From: Vitrella brassicaformis CCMP3155
Taxonomy: Eukaryota > Protista > Chromerida
NCBI GenBank assembly: GCA_001179505.1
Contig: CDMY01000149.1
Span: 1-64,000 of the forward strand
Direction of reading: 5' to 3'
DNA length: 64,000 nt
The position numbers were made by a program, and so were the translations under genes. The notes under the pieces were generated by a model. The model was given only the letters and a program-made list of their open reading frames with translations, did no database searches and had not been told where the DNA came from. Every line of letters starts with the position of its first letter. Within the stretch, counting starts at the first letter, position 1. Below are positions 37,996 to 51,800 of the stretch, piece after piece.

Positions 37996-38999
37996 CTACA
38001 TGAGCTTCAGGTGACCCGACACCTCATCGATCAGACCAGCAGGCCCTGAACACACCACACCACACCACACCAGACAACACACACACAACAGCGAATGCAC
38101 ACCGCACACACAGTCCGCCTGCCTGTCTGACTGACTGACCTGGTCCGAGCGCCAGGACCGTCCTCGAGCCCTCTGCTATCTGCGTCCGACCCTGCAGACA
38201 GACACACGGAACAAGGAGGCAGACAAGTATGGACGACTGACTGACTGACGCCAACACAGCACTCCACCCAGCCGCCCGCCCACAGAACAACCATTGCTCA
38301 CTCACCGCGTCACACACAGTACTGATCGATCGCACACACCGCAACAATCAAACGGCACGAGAAAAGGCAGTGAGCACACACAATCCTGTCTGTAGTTTCT
38401 CCACTGCCTACTCACTCACTCACTACTCACTGTGTCTGGACTCCTTTTGCGTTAGCCGTCGTCCTGAGCTGGTCCAGCTCCTCTTCATCGTTTGCCTTGA
38501 GGCATATCTTGGGCTGCCCGTTGTCCTCCCACGACTCCAGGTAGGGCGAGTTGGTCCGCAACGCCTTCTTGTACGCACCCAACGTCGCGTGCCCGCACTG
38601 CGCACCGATCTTGCCCTTACCCATGCCCAAGTCTGACAGAACAGCGGCAGCAATTAAGGGAGAAGAAGATCACCATACATGTGCTCGGCTGCCTGCCTGT
38701 GTTGCTGTGTTGCGTGCGATAGATGCGATGGCTGCAGTCAGTGCTGCGTACGTACCGTTTCGCACAATGAGTACCAGTTTGCACTCATGCTCGTCGTCAT
38801 CGGCATCGTCGTTCTTCTTCCTCCTACCCTGCCGGCTCCTGTCTGCTGCCGCCGGTGCTGCCTTGGAGGCCTTCTTGGCCACGGGGGCAGCCACCTGCTT
38901 GCCTCCGAATATCCTCTGGGCGAGTCGCCACATCAGCAGCAGCAAGATCAGACCGAATGATGCGATGACGACATGAAAGTAGTCGAAACTCGCTGCCAT
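37996..38999 (-). CDS. PTH2: Peptidyl-tRNA hydrolase 2 with N-terminal membrane anchor
   Basis: KLVLIVRN|[47 protein letters not shown] and [12 protein letters not shown]. Confidence 0.93.
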
Positions 39000-39104
39000 T
39001 CTCGCGCATCCACATCAGTTCGGGGAAGGCTGTGCGAGCTCGACTTGGGGGCGGCGGGGGCCTCAGGGAGAGACTGCGACGGTGTGTGCCGCAGGAGGGG
39101 GAAG

Positions 39105-41782
39105 ATGAGCGAGGCGGAGCTTCAGAAGGCAATTGCGGTCATTCCCAGCAGGTTTTACTGGCTTGAAGTCGCCAGGCAGCCTCGCCAACTCGTGACACCA
39201 AGTGCTGTGTACTTCTCGATCGACCAGGTGAGCAGCCAGGGGGGGGCACCAGCAGGCCAGGAGATAGCCACGATTGCAGCAGCCCCTCTGACCAACACGT
39301 CGAGGAAAAGCCTAGCTGTTTTGTGTGTCCCCCACTTCATGTGTGCTGTGCTTGGGTGTGTTGTGGGAACTGACTTGCCTGCAGGAGTTCCTGTATGAGC
39401 CCTTCTTTGCGGACTTCGGGCCTCTCAACCTTGGGATGGTCTACCGCTACTGCAGACTGCTGGAGTTGTACCTGCAGGAACACGTAAGTCATGAGTGAGT
39501 GGCTGCCAAGGAGCAAGCTTCAGGGGCGCCGCCCTTGGGGATGTCTGCGTCGCCATGTATGTATGTATCCCTCTCTGGCTGTGCAGTGTGAGAAGAGCCG
39601 CAAAGTGCTGGTGCACTTCACCAACATGGAAGACCCGGCCAAAAGGGCCAACTCGGTCTTCCTTGTTGGCGCCGCCCAGATCATTCTCTTCCAGAAGACA
39701 GCTGACGAGGCCTGGAGGCCCTTCCAAGGTGCGAGCGACCCCTAGAGCACCACGCATCGGTCGACTGACTGGGTGGCGCGTGTGTTAGCTGCAGGTTTGA
39801 GTCCCCCGTTGGTGCCCTACCGCGACGCAACATACGGCGTCTGCACATACCAATGCACTGTCAGTGAGTCCGTCAGCACCAGGAGAGTACCCGAGTGTCT
39901 ATGGGCTCTGTTGTGTTGTGTTGTCTTCTCTTGTGACCTTCAGGTTCTGGACTGTTTGAGGGGTCTTGAAAAGGGCATTGAATTGGGATGGTTCAACTAT
40001 GACACCTTCGACCTCCCGGAATATGAGTACTATGAGAGGGTGGAAAATGGTATGTAGCACTCACTTTACCACACAGCACACACACGCATCCATCGCGACG
40101 GTGCCTCTGTGTGTCTGGGTGCATGTATCTGTGCGTGTATCTGTGGTGTCAGGTGACATCAACTGGATACTGCCCGGCAAGTTCCTGGCCTTCTCGGGTC
40201 CGCAGTCTGACACCAGTGTGGAGAATGCCATGGGGTTTCGGTATTTCGTGCCGGAGGACTACGTCAAGGTGTTTAAACGTCTCAAGGTGGCCTGCGTCAT
40301 ACGACTCAACAAGAAACAATACGACAGAAGGGTTGGCCTCACACACACACACACACACAGAGGGAGGGAGAGAGAGAGAGAGAGAGAGACGGTGTCTGCG
40401 GTCGGTGTCTCACTCAGACCTTTCTGGAGGCGGGCACCAGCCACCATGACCTCTACTTTCTCGATGGCAGCTGCCCCTCAAGGGTACACACGCACACAGA
40501 GGGAGACAGACCCAAGCTGCCTCATGCCTTCTCTCTCCTCTCCTCAATGAATGCATCCCTCCATGGCCATCCGGGATGGATGGATGTGCAGGAGATAATT
40601 CATCAGTTTCTGCACATAAGCGAGAACGAGCCAGGTGCGATAGCGGTGCACTGCAAGGCGGGACTCGGCCGCACCGGCACTCTCATCGGGTGCTACGCCA
40701 TGAAACACTACAGGTGCGTGGGTGGACACATCACATCCGACGGACGGACAGACAGCATGTGATTCAATGGACTCATCCATTCACTCAGGTTCCCCGCGGC
40801 GGCCTTCATTGGGTGGGCCCGCATCTGCCGGCCCGGAAGTGTCCTGGGACCACAACAACACTTCCTGCGGGTAGGGAGGGAGGGACGGACGGACCACTGC
40901 GAAATAAATATGTGGGTGGGGAGGTTGCAAACTCAAACAAAGACATGGGAGCTCGGCTGGGCTGTGTATGCAGGAGATCGAGCCACAGATGTTCCGGCTG
41001 GGCGCCGCGCAAATGAGAATACCGTAGGCAGGGCAGGCTGACAGGCACACAAACCACCCCCCTTGAACAGACAGACGGATGCATATTTGGGTCATGTGCG
41101 TTGGCCTTTTGTGTGTGTGATGGTTGGTGCCTGTCTGTCTGTCAGCATCGCCCCGGGCCAGCCCATGTCAGAGGGACTCCCCGAGATCGACTCCCCCATC
41201 GATGTACGTACGACACGGGGGAGGGAGGGACAGAGAGAGCCAGCATTCCGGCCGGCATCGTGTGCGTATCTGTGTGCACTGTTGGCTGTCTGTCTGGTTG
41301 CAGGGTGAAGAGTCTGATTCGGCCGGCCGTCATTCCGAGCTGGGGTCCCTCTCACCCATCGGTCAGCACGGCGATGCCGGACAGGGCGAATTCCTCCTCA
41401 GCACCAAACGAAGGTACACACTGGGCGACAGACACACGATCAGTGCACACACATTACTTACAGAGAGACCAGCCCAGCCCAGCAGACAAGAGACACACCA
41501 CCCCCCTCTCTCTGTCTCTCTGTCTCTGTGTGGTGTTGTCCGTGCCCTGTGTGTAGGCACCAGTCGGCCAGTTCCTCGATGGGCGGCGCCACCAGCAGCA
41601 CCATGCCCACCGAGAGCCCCGGCAGCAGCAGCAGCGCCTCTGCCTACTCGCCCGCCCACGCACTGCACGCAGTGGCGCTGGCCAACCAGGTGGGGGAGCT
41701 GGACAAGGTCATGTCGGAGGCGGACGTGTCGCCAGCTGTCAGAGGACCCACGGCAGCACTCAACGCTCGGAGATCATGCTGA
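39105..41782 (+). CDS. CDC14: Cdc14 dual-specificity protein phosphatase
   Basis: [34 protein letters not shown]|DINWI, and catalytic [14 protein letters not shown]. Confidence 0.95.
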
Positions 41783-42979
41783 CGCGAGCCTTGGTGGATG
41801 GATGGATGGACGGACTGGAAAGAACTCTTCCCTTGCTTTCTGTTGGTATGTGTGTACCTACCTACCTTTGCATGCGTCTTTGTAGCGAGGGTGCGTTGCC
41901 TGTAGGGAGGGGAGGGGAGTGGGGGAGTGGGGGAGTGAGGGAAGGGGATTGTTGGCTGGTGGATGCGTACGCAACCAAGTAGGTAGGGTGGTGCCCGTGT
42001 GCATGTGCATGTGCATGTGCATGTGTGTGTGTATGCGTCGATGTCTGTCTGTACCCATTCTTTCTTCATGTGCGGATCTTACTGACGTGCATGACCTAAC
42101 GACCAACTAAGGTAAGGTGAGAGGGTGACTGCGCATCTTGTAGGCCTACAACAAGATTGTTGCGTGACACTCGGGCGGGATAAACTGACTGTCGATGCAT
42201 GAATCATTCATTCAATAAGCCAGGCAGGCACGCAGGCGAGCACGCATTCGTCCGTCCGATCTCACACACATGCAGTCAGTCACGGAGGGTCTCAGGCGAA
42301 CAGGCATGCCATGCCAACGTAATGAGCATCAGTCATGCATCCGCCCACACCAAAACGGCAGACATATAGCCGCCTGACAGCAACTCGATGCATCAATTCG
42401 GGCGGCCGGTGTGCCGTGCCGTGCCGTGCCAAACCATCCATCAGTCAGTCAGTCCTTGAAGCGGGCAGAGGGGCGACACACGCACCCCCACACACACACC
42501 CATGCCAGCCAGCCAGCCAGTCACAAAAAGAAAGCTCGATCGGTCAGTCGGTCGGTCGGTCGAGTGTCTTCAACACTGCATGCACAAAGCCATCCAGCCA
42601 GCCAGCCATCCATCACTTCATCCTTCCTGGAACTGTCCACCCACCCGCGCATCCCGCCTGCCTCGCACTCCCTCCCTCCCTCCCCGTCCCTGGTGAGCAA
42701 ACAAACGATAGAGATAGAGATAGATAGATGTACCACCACGCCGCGCCACATCCACGCATCCATGCATGCAGTCAGGGAGGGAGGGCTAGCTATCATACAC
42801 CACACAACACCACACCACACACGGGGAGTCAGTCAGTCAGTGGTGCAGCCGTAGTACTACACCCACAGTCGCCAGGCAGGCAGCAAGGGAGGCACGATAG
42901 ATGAGATGATAACAAGGGCCGGCCGCCCTCGTCATTCGTCCATTAGTGTCTTGTTCGGTCGGCTCGGGTGGGTGTGTCA

Positions 42980-43620
42980 TCAGCGATAGCCCCCGCCTCC
43001 CCCTCCGCCCACTTGCTGCACCATGGCGTCTATCACGTCACCGTCCTCCAAACCTGAAACACACACACACGTGTCGCCAACACCAACACAGCCAGAAACA
43101 TGCCGTGAGACACCACGCACACCCCACACCACCCACGTCATGCGCCGCCCTCCTCCTCTACACCCCTCCCTGTCTGTCTGCCCTCTCTGTGCAGGTCTGT
43201 CTGTCTGTCTGTCTGTCTGTCACCGAGCTCCTCAGGCGTCTGGTGTGGGTGGACCCGCTCGCCGTCGAAGAGGAACCGGACGCCCTCCTGCGACTGGCCC
43301 AGCCGGTTGCAGTAGGCGTTCATGAGCTTCTCCAACTTGGTCGAACGCTTGATCTTAAAGAACACCTCCTGGCCGTCCTGCAACGCCACACACAACATCC
43401 ACACAACACACAACACAGCACAAACACCCGCGTTAGTCCCCCCTCCCCCCTCCCGCTCCTCTTTCTGCGGCACGACGCGAGGCGTCTCAGCTGCCGTCTG
43501 CTCTGTCCGTCTGTCCTTTGTGTGCCCTCGTCCGCGGCTTACCGGTGACTTGACCTTAAGGTTCAGGTGTTCGGTGCCGCCGGCCGCCCCCTCCCCTCCG
43601 TTGCCCTGCTCGTCCGCCAT
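42980..43620 (-). CDS. SUMO: SUMO, 3 exons
   Basis: HLNLKVKSP|[23 protein letters not shown]...[10 protein letters not shown]...TPEEL|[17 protein letters not shown]. Confidence 0.95.
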
Positions 43621-43766
43621 CACTCCGCTGTAGCTATCAACTCAAGGTGGTTACCAGCCGATACGGCAATCCAAACACTACACTGAGGCGTATCCTAGGA
43701 CCCCGAGGCTTCAAAAGCTGCCCTTTCCAGCCTTCGATCCACCACAATTGCGAGCTTTGACTTTGC

Positions 43767-46642
43767 ATGTTGTTGAGCCTGTTGACCGTGTCTATCGCTA
43801 GAGGTGCTGGTGCCTTTGGTGGCTGCTTCATCCCTTCAGCGCGTTGGCCCCTTTTCCCTATTCGCCACTCATCTTTATCAGGCGCTGGTGTGGTGTCGAT
43901 GAGCAGCGGCAAGGAGGGCAAGCGCAAGAACGAGCCCTCGGCGGCGGCTGCCTCGTCTGCAGCCGGCGGCGGCGAGGCATTCAAGCGCGCCCGTCCGGAG
44001 GACGTCAAGTTTGAGGTGAGGGTGCGTCAGTGACAATCACACCACCCACCCAGACACACTTGCATGGGCCTTGCTTGCCTGTGTGATGCATCGGCGTGTG
44101 CAGGAGAAGAGGTGCCGCGAGTTGAATGAGGTGAAGGTGTCGAGTGCGGGTGACGGTGCGGTGCTCTACTGGATGTCCAGGGACCAACGAGTGCAGGTAG
44201 ACGTGATACCTGGGAGGGACTCAATGCATTACCAGGCAGACAGGGGGAAGGCCGGAGGGCGGGAGGGAGGGAGGGAGATCTGTGCACTGACCGACACATT
44301 GCAATCTGTGTGTGTGTGTGTGTGCTCGTGCAGGACAACTGGGCGTTGATCAAGGCGCAGCGGCTGGCGATTGAGCGCAACACAGCGCTCTATGTGAGCT
44401 TCTGCCTGGTACCCAGGTTCCTCGAGGCCGCCTATCGCCAATACGCATTCATGGTCAGCCAGAGCCGGGAACCCCTCACTGCCACCCTCACACTCCATCC
44501 CTACTGTGTATGGGTGTGTGCGTGTGTGTGGGTCAGATTAAGGGTCTGAAGGAGGTAGAGAGTGAGTTGCGGGACCTGAACATTCCCTTCCATCTGCTCA
44601 TCGGCTTCGCCAAGGACGCCCTGCCCCCGTTCATCCAGCAGCACCGCATCTCCGTTGTCGTCACGGACTTCTCGCCCGTCCGGTCAGCACACAACCACGG
44701 CACACTAGCCGAGCAAGGAACAACACAGGAAGCCTTTTATGTTCTGTGTTTGTCCTTTCCCCGCCTGCAGTGTGCCGATGCAGTGGTACCGGGATGTGGC
44801 TGCGTCGCTGGAGCAGTCGGGTGTGCCGCTGATCCAGGTGGATGCGCACAACGTGGTGCCCCTCTGGGTGACCTCCAGCAAGCAGGAGTACGGCGCACGC
44901 ACCATCCGGGGCAAAATCCAGGGCGTCCTCAGCCACTACCTCACCCAGTTCCCGGCTGTCAAGGGGCACCCCATCGCACCACCCGAGGGCGCCTTCGCCG
45001 AGCCGTTCGACCTGCAGGCCACGCTGGACTCGCTCGAGGTGGGCGCGTGCACGCGGGATGATTGACGACCGGATGGATGTGTTACGCATGTGGTGTGTGG
45101 GTGTGTGGGTGTGTGCAGGTAGATCGTGAAGTGGGTGAGGTGGACTGGGCCACTCCGGGCACTTCTGCTGGACTGGCCATGCTAGAGGACTTCTGCAGGT
45201 GGGTCACGCAGGAGAAATGTTTGAGGAGGAAGAGCATGCCTGTGTGTGTATGTGTTGTATATTCAGGAATCGTCTCAAGATGTTTGCCGACAGCCGCAAC
45301 GACCCGACCAAGAACTCCCTGAGCAACCTGTCGCCATGGATACACTTCGGACAGATCTCTGTCCAAAGGTACGACACAGACAGAGACACATGCTGCATTG
45401 TTACCCACTGCCCGCTTGTTTGCGGCCTGGCCGTGTGTGTGTGTGCCAACCAGGTGTGTGTTGGATGTGCAGGCGTATGTGCGAGCCAACCCGAGCCCCG
45501 CCCTCTCCAAGGGCAAGGAGGCATACGTAGAGGAGGCTGTCGTGCGCAGAGAGGTACACACAGCACAACACAACACAAATGCGGCAACACAATGGCAACC
45601 GAGAGACAAGTGTTGACGTGTGTTGTCTTGTGTGTGTGTGTGTGTGTATGGGTCAGTTGTCGGACAATTTCTGCTTCTACAACCCGAACTACGACAGCAT
45701 AGAGGGTGCAGCGGACTGGGCCAAGCAGAGCCTGGAGCTGCACAAGAAGGACAAACGCGAATACATCTACACGTACGCGCGTCAACCGGAAGCTGGAGGG
45801 CGCCATGTCTAACCTGTCCTTTTGTCTGTGTGTGTGTCAGCCGTGATGAGTTTGCTGCGGGCAAGACGCACGACGATTTGTGGAATGCGGCTCAGCTGCA
45901 GATGGTGCAGGAGGGCAAAATGCACGGATTCCTGCGCATGTACTGGTGAGCGACCCAAGGACCGACCTGTCATGCAGCGATGGATGGATGGCACTCACAC
46001 TCGCCGTGTGCGAACCTGATGTATTTCTCTCCCTCTCTCTGGGTGTGTGTGATGCGATGTGATGTGATAGGGCCAAGAAGATCTTGGAGTGGTCCCCCTC
46101 CCCCGAGGAGGCGCTGGCCACGGCCATCTACCTCAACGACAAATACGAACTAGACGGACGGTACACACACACACTGCTATCCTTCCATCCATCCTCGTCT
46201 GTGTCTCCATTTATTCCGTCTGTCTCTTTGGTCAGTGACCCCAACGGCTACGTTGGCTGCATGTGGAGCATCGCAGGCATTCACGACCAGGTAGGCCAGG
46301 CAGGCAGGCCACCACACACTTTCAAATGCAGCACACAGCAGCCCATGGCCCACCTGGCTGTGCTGTGCATGGTTGTGTCTTCTTTTCAGGGTTGGGCAGA
46401 GCGTTCGGTGTTCGGCAAGATCCGCTTCATGAACTATGCCGGCTGCCAGAGGAAGTTCAAGGTCGACGACTTCGTCAGAAAGTGAGTAGGGAGACAGCCA
46501 GGCACAGACTGCTGACGTGTGATGCCATGTGGTCTGTCTGTGTGTGTGTGTGTGCGTGTGAAGGTATCCAAAGGCGGCTGCCAATGCCCGCGAGGCCAAC
46601 GCCAAGAAGCCCGGCGCGCTCAACTTCCCGAAAGCCAAATGA
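43767..46642 (+). CDS. PHR: Class II CPD photolyase with putative N-terminal targeting leader
   Basis: [12 protein letters not shown]|[50 protein letters not shown]|[17 protein letters not shown]|[18 protein letters not shown]|[12 protein letters not shown] and FGKIRFMN. Confidence 0.95.
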
Positions 46643-46992
46643 GCGTGTGGGAGGGAAGGGCCCCGTAGCTGTCTGTCTGTCTATCCTCGGGTGACGCTGG
46701 TTGGGTGCGGTGCAGTGAGATATGCCTGCCTGCCTGCTTGTCTGTTCGCCTTCTCGAAGAGAACGGTGGCGTGCACGTCTGTCTGCCTGTCTGTCTGTCT
46801 GTCTGTATCTATGCACTGTACGGTTCTGTCTGGTTCGTGTATGTATGTATGTATTTATTTCTATCGCTGTCGGTTGTATACTGATTTCTGTCCATGAGCC
46901 TGAGGAGCCAGCTAGCTACTTGTACAAGGGGCTGACTGTTCGAGTGACTGGTCCATCGGCGCTGTCAGGATCTGATCATATCTCCTTGGTGG

Positions 46993-48376
46993 ATGCAGCG
47001 GAATTCGACAATCCAGCGGGCGAATTCTGCGCCATCTGCTGTGGTGATCAGATCAGACCCTGACGGTGCTGTGCGAAGAACAAGGAACGTCTGTTCAATT
47101 GGGGACGACGCTGCCCCCAGAGAATCGAATTCTTTCTCCCCTTGGTTCCTTCCCTTCTTTGCGGAATCATATCACGTCACGTCGATGACGGAAGCGTCAG
47201 GGAGGGCATCGCGCAACAGGACTGAAGGCTCACAACCGGCCTCCAGACGACAACACGGATCCCCCACACCCAGCCAGGCGGCGTGTGAACGGGTGACTGT
47301 GACAAAGAAGGGGAAAGAATTCCAGCGAGCTCTCAGCCGTATGGAGCATCGCCTGTCCAGCAGCCCTTCACCGGGACCCTCTCTCTCCCGAGAGGACAAC
47401 ACACCCGTCCGGGATCCCTCGGCCCCACTCAGCTGTGCGATGGACACGACAACACCCACGCACTCACCCTCTTTGCTGCGGGGGTCCCCCTCGTCCATCG
47501 TCACGTCCAAGGGGCGCAGCATGAGCACCACTCGGCTTGTGGGTCTGCAGCAGCTCAAGGCCCAGAAGACCATGGACAGGCTGGAGGACAGGTCCACACA
47601 GCTCGAGAAAGAGCAGCTCATGAGGCACCACGCACTGCAGAGGAGGTGTCGACAGCTGGCTGACGAGACACATGAGCTCAGCGCCATTGTGGACCGCGTT
47701 GCGTCGTTGCGACTTTTCTCGCTCCAGGTGCTCGAGAGGCAGCACGAGAAGAGGTACGGGAAGTTCTGGGCCCCTTATCAGACCCACAAAGACAACAGGA
47801 GACGAGAAGCATATCCTTCTGCAGAGGAGAGCCAGGGCTTGCCGGAAGAGACCCCTCCAATACGGGTACGATGAAATTGGTCCTCAAGGCCTCCATGCCT
47901 TGATAGTTTTTCTGTGCGCTGTGTGTGTGCAGCCGGCCGCGCGGCAGGCACCTGAGCCTCTGCAACCCGCCGAGCCCCCTCCGTCTGAAGCCCCCGAACA
48001 CTACCCATTGCCCGTACTACCTGTGATTATTCGCGAGGGCATCCAGTCCATATGTGGCCACGACGCGTGCCGGGGCATCAGGAACCGGCTCGAGATGCGG
48101 CAAGTGAAGGAGGCCAGGGGTGGCGGGTCACCGAGACACAAGAGGAGAAGACCCAAGTCGAGGAAGAAGGCGCGTGTTGTGTTGCCGCCTCTGCCAAAGA
48201 GGGCGGTCAGCAGGCGAGAGGGGCTGGAGCAGACGGCTGATGAGACGCCGTCGACGCATCTGTCCGTGTCGGGCCCGGGTGACTGGCTGGTGTCCAAGCG
48301 GCTTGATGGTTTTTCGGGTGACGCATCACGGAGGATTGGTGAGTCCCTGGCTACGCTCTCGAGATTGTTCGACTGA
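46993..48376 (+). CDS. Orphan protein, Ser/Pro-rich with a possible coiled-coil; probably 2 exons
   Basis: A 293-aa ORF, plus an ORF continuing after an AG acceptor near 47932. No recognisable family motif. Confidence 0.4.
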
Positions 48377-48840
48377 GCTTATCAATCGGTGACCGTGCAT
48401 CATGTATTTACGCATGTTGTATGGAGCAGTGGGTACATCAATGGGGGAGCTGTGGCGCCTTGTCTATCTCATTTGTCCTCTTTTTGCTTTGTCTTGGTCC
48501 ATACATACGTACATGCGCACGTACGCACGTAGGCCAAAGGGTGCATTTGTTTGTTTGGGACATCTCCTCTGATCTGATCTGATCTGGCCTCAGTCAGTAT
48601 GGGATTCTTCTTGTATGTATCCGTGTGCATGTCTCATCCATCAATCCATCAATCCATCCGCCAACCAATAACACATGGGTACCGTCACAAAGCACACATC
48701 CGTCCACTCCCTCGCTCGCCAACAGACAGATGCATACACATGCACACACACACCAACCACCGGTGTACATTCTGTCTCTCCTTTCTCTCGTCTCTCCCTC
48801 CCTTCCTTCGCCTCTGCCGTATTTTTCTATCCCTCGCTGG

Positions 48841-51800
48841 CTAGTGCGTGAATGTGTGCACGCCAGTCTTCTCAAATTCTGCCTCTCCCTCCCCCACATT
48901 TCTTGTGAAGGTGAAGCCCATCCCACTGTCAGGCGAGTCGCCGGGCGACTGCCGGGACTGTGGTGACATTCGGGACTGGGGCGTGAGGCTGACTGAAATG
49001 TCGGCGGGCTTGCCCCCAAGGGAGGCATCGGGGAGGTCCAGGAACTGTGCCCGCCTCCCTGTCTGGTCTGGGCTGCGGGACCCGCTGCCGTAGCCGTGCA
49101 CCTTCTGCTGCCGCTCGTTGTGGGCACGCATGGCCGACGGGCTGATCACAGACAGACAGACAGACAGATGAAGGGTCAGGAAAGCATGAGACAGAAAGGC
49201 GATGGAGTAGAGCCGGCGACGGGTGGATGAATTATACTACCTCAGCGCGAATGACAGGCCCACGACGTTGGTGTAGACCTGACTTCGCATGAAGATGTCC
49301 GCTGACTCTGCGTGACGTACACATCCACCGCACCACACATGAAATGAGCGCACAAGGAGAGAAGGAGAAGATGTCTGTGTGTGTGCTCATTCCTTACTTG
49401 CTTCCGGCAGGTAGATTTCCTTTGCGAGGTCCAGGGACTGGATAATGTCCATCTGCTCATCGGTGGTGGCCTCGTCCTTCTCCAATCTATCGGGGAACCC
49501 GCCGTACGTCCGATACCGATTCAACAAATCCTCAAGCGCCTCACGTGCCTCCTTCATCTGCATGAACCCACCAACCAACCAACAGCAATCAATTGCCACA
49601 CGTATACTCTACCTCTGTGTGTGTGGGAGTCTCCCTGCGTATATGTTCGCATTGTTCACCTCTTCGACTTCCATCCCCTCTGCCTCGTATATGTAGAGGT
49701 GTGCCTTAGCCCGGTAGAGTTTGTCCCACGCCTCCCTCATGCGTTCGAGGACCTCCTGGAAGGCCGTGCAGTTGGTTAGGTACGTCACGGACAGGTCGAA
49801 CTGCTTCTCTGCAGGCGGGACGGTGCAGATGCACGAGCTGAGGCACGTGGGGATCCAGTCGGGGAAGTGGCGGTCGTACACCGTGTTGTGCGGCACCGTG
49901 CTCAGCACGTCGTTGATCTCTGATGTGGCCAGACGCTCCTTCTTTCCGCGGAACGCCGCAAATGACGCCAGAAAACGAGACGTCCGCCAGTGCTCCTGCG
50001 CAAAACGAGCCAACAACAGGTTCCGGAGTGATTCATCTTTATTTGTATGAGCTGAGCTGGAATGCGTGTGGTCGATTCTGTATGACCTACCTGTGTGTCC
50101 ACTTTGAGAGGATCGCAGTCGACAACGCAGTTTTCGCTCTGCATCATCTGTTGGGTGAGGTCCAGGATGGAATACTTGCGGTAGGCCGCCTTCTGCATCG
50201 ATGAGAGGGGGGCAGTGCCTATACCACAGACAGACACGCGAAACATGTGTGCGGGTGAGACATGAGTGCGCCTCCCTCCCCTCCGGTGTGCATACATACA
50301 TGTGATTAGGAAGTGCGTCTTGGGGAAGGGCACGAGGTTGGTGCACATCTTGCGCAGGTCGGCGTCGAGGATGCCAGGAAACCGCAGGTTGCAGGTGATG
50401 CCGCTCATGACGCGGGCCACCAGGTCGTCCATGTGCTGGAAGCGGGGCACGTTGATGTTGAGGGTCCGCTGGCAGATATTGCTCAACGCGTGATTGTCAA
50501 AGGCAAACACCTGGCCAGTCAACGCAAACTGACAGACAGATAGACCGTTGGGTGTTTGCTTGCCTGGTCGCAGCACTCAATGAGGTCTTTGAACCCCAGC
50601 ACAGCGTTGTACGGCTCGACGAGTATGTCCGACGCTAGTTCGCTGGTGAAGAGTGTGAATGTCTGCAGGATGGGCCCGAGGAGGCTCGAGTTCCTGTTGA
50701 AGAAGTCCCGCATGGAGTTGAGCATCAGACTCGTCAGACCCGAACCCGTCCCGCCCGCCAGTGAGTGGGCAAACTGCACACCCTGCAGACAGTCGCAACC
50801 CTCCACCATGCGACGCACCTTCACACGCACACACACAGATAGAGGCGTGATGCGGCCGTCCTCTCTTGTTTGCTGCCTCACTCCTTCGGTCATTGCGTCG
50901 CATATGTCAGGCCCCGATGTGTGGAAGGCCCTGGCGTAGCAGTTGCCGCTGCCCTCGTCAGTGTAAAACATATTCTCTGCACAAAAACACACACACGCGT
51001 ACCTCTATCCAAGCAGCCGCTCCGCTCACCAGGTCTGTAGAGTCTGCCGAGGTCTGTGGTCATCAGATTGTCAATGAACATCTTGTCAAGGTCAACAAGG
51101 ATCGACCGAGGCACATACCTTCACACATACAATATGCACCCAACCAACACAACATGACACACCACACCAGTGAGAGGTCCCGTCCGCCGTATGCGCTCTT
51201 CCGTCGCTCCCTGTTCCGTGACTTGCCTGCCGCTGCTGGCTTCGTCAAAGAATACGCCCACTTGCTGCAGGCGATATATATCGGCCTCGTTGCCGCAGAA
51301 TTTGCCGTGGAGCGTCCCAACTGTCTTCTCGAAATTCTGGTAGTAGATGTGGTGCTCCTCTACCAGGTCGCGCCAAAACTCGTGAGAGATGTTGTTGCCT
51401 GNNNNNNNNNNNNNNNNNNNNNNNNNNNNNNNNNNNNNNNNNNNNNNNNNNNNNNNNNNNNNNNNNNNNNNNNNNNNNNNNNNNNNNNNNNNNNNNNNNN
51501 NNNNNNNNNNNNNNNNNNNNNNNNNNNNNNNNNNNNNNNNNNNNNNNNNNNNNNNNNNNNNNNNNNNNNNNNNNNNNNNNNNNNNNNNNNNNNNNNNNNN
51601 NNNNNNNNNNNNNNNNNNNNNNNNNNNNNNNNNNNNNNNNNNNNNNNNNNNNNNNNNNNNNNNNNNNNNNNNNNNNNNNNNNNNNNNNNNNNNNNNNNNN
51701 NACAGACAGACAGAGACACCATCCCAAATCCGCAGGACTGACGCTTACCCGCACGGCCGACTTGCACCTGCACCCACCCAAGCATCCATCGGCACACCCG

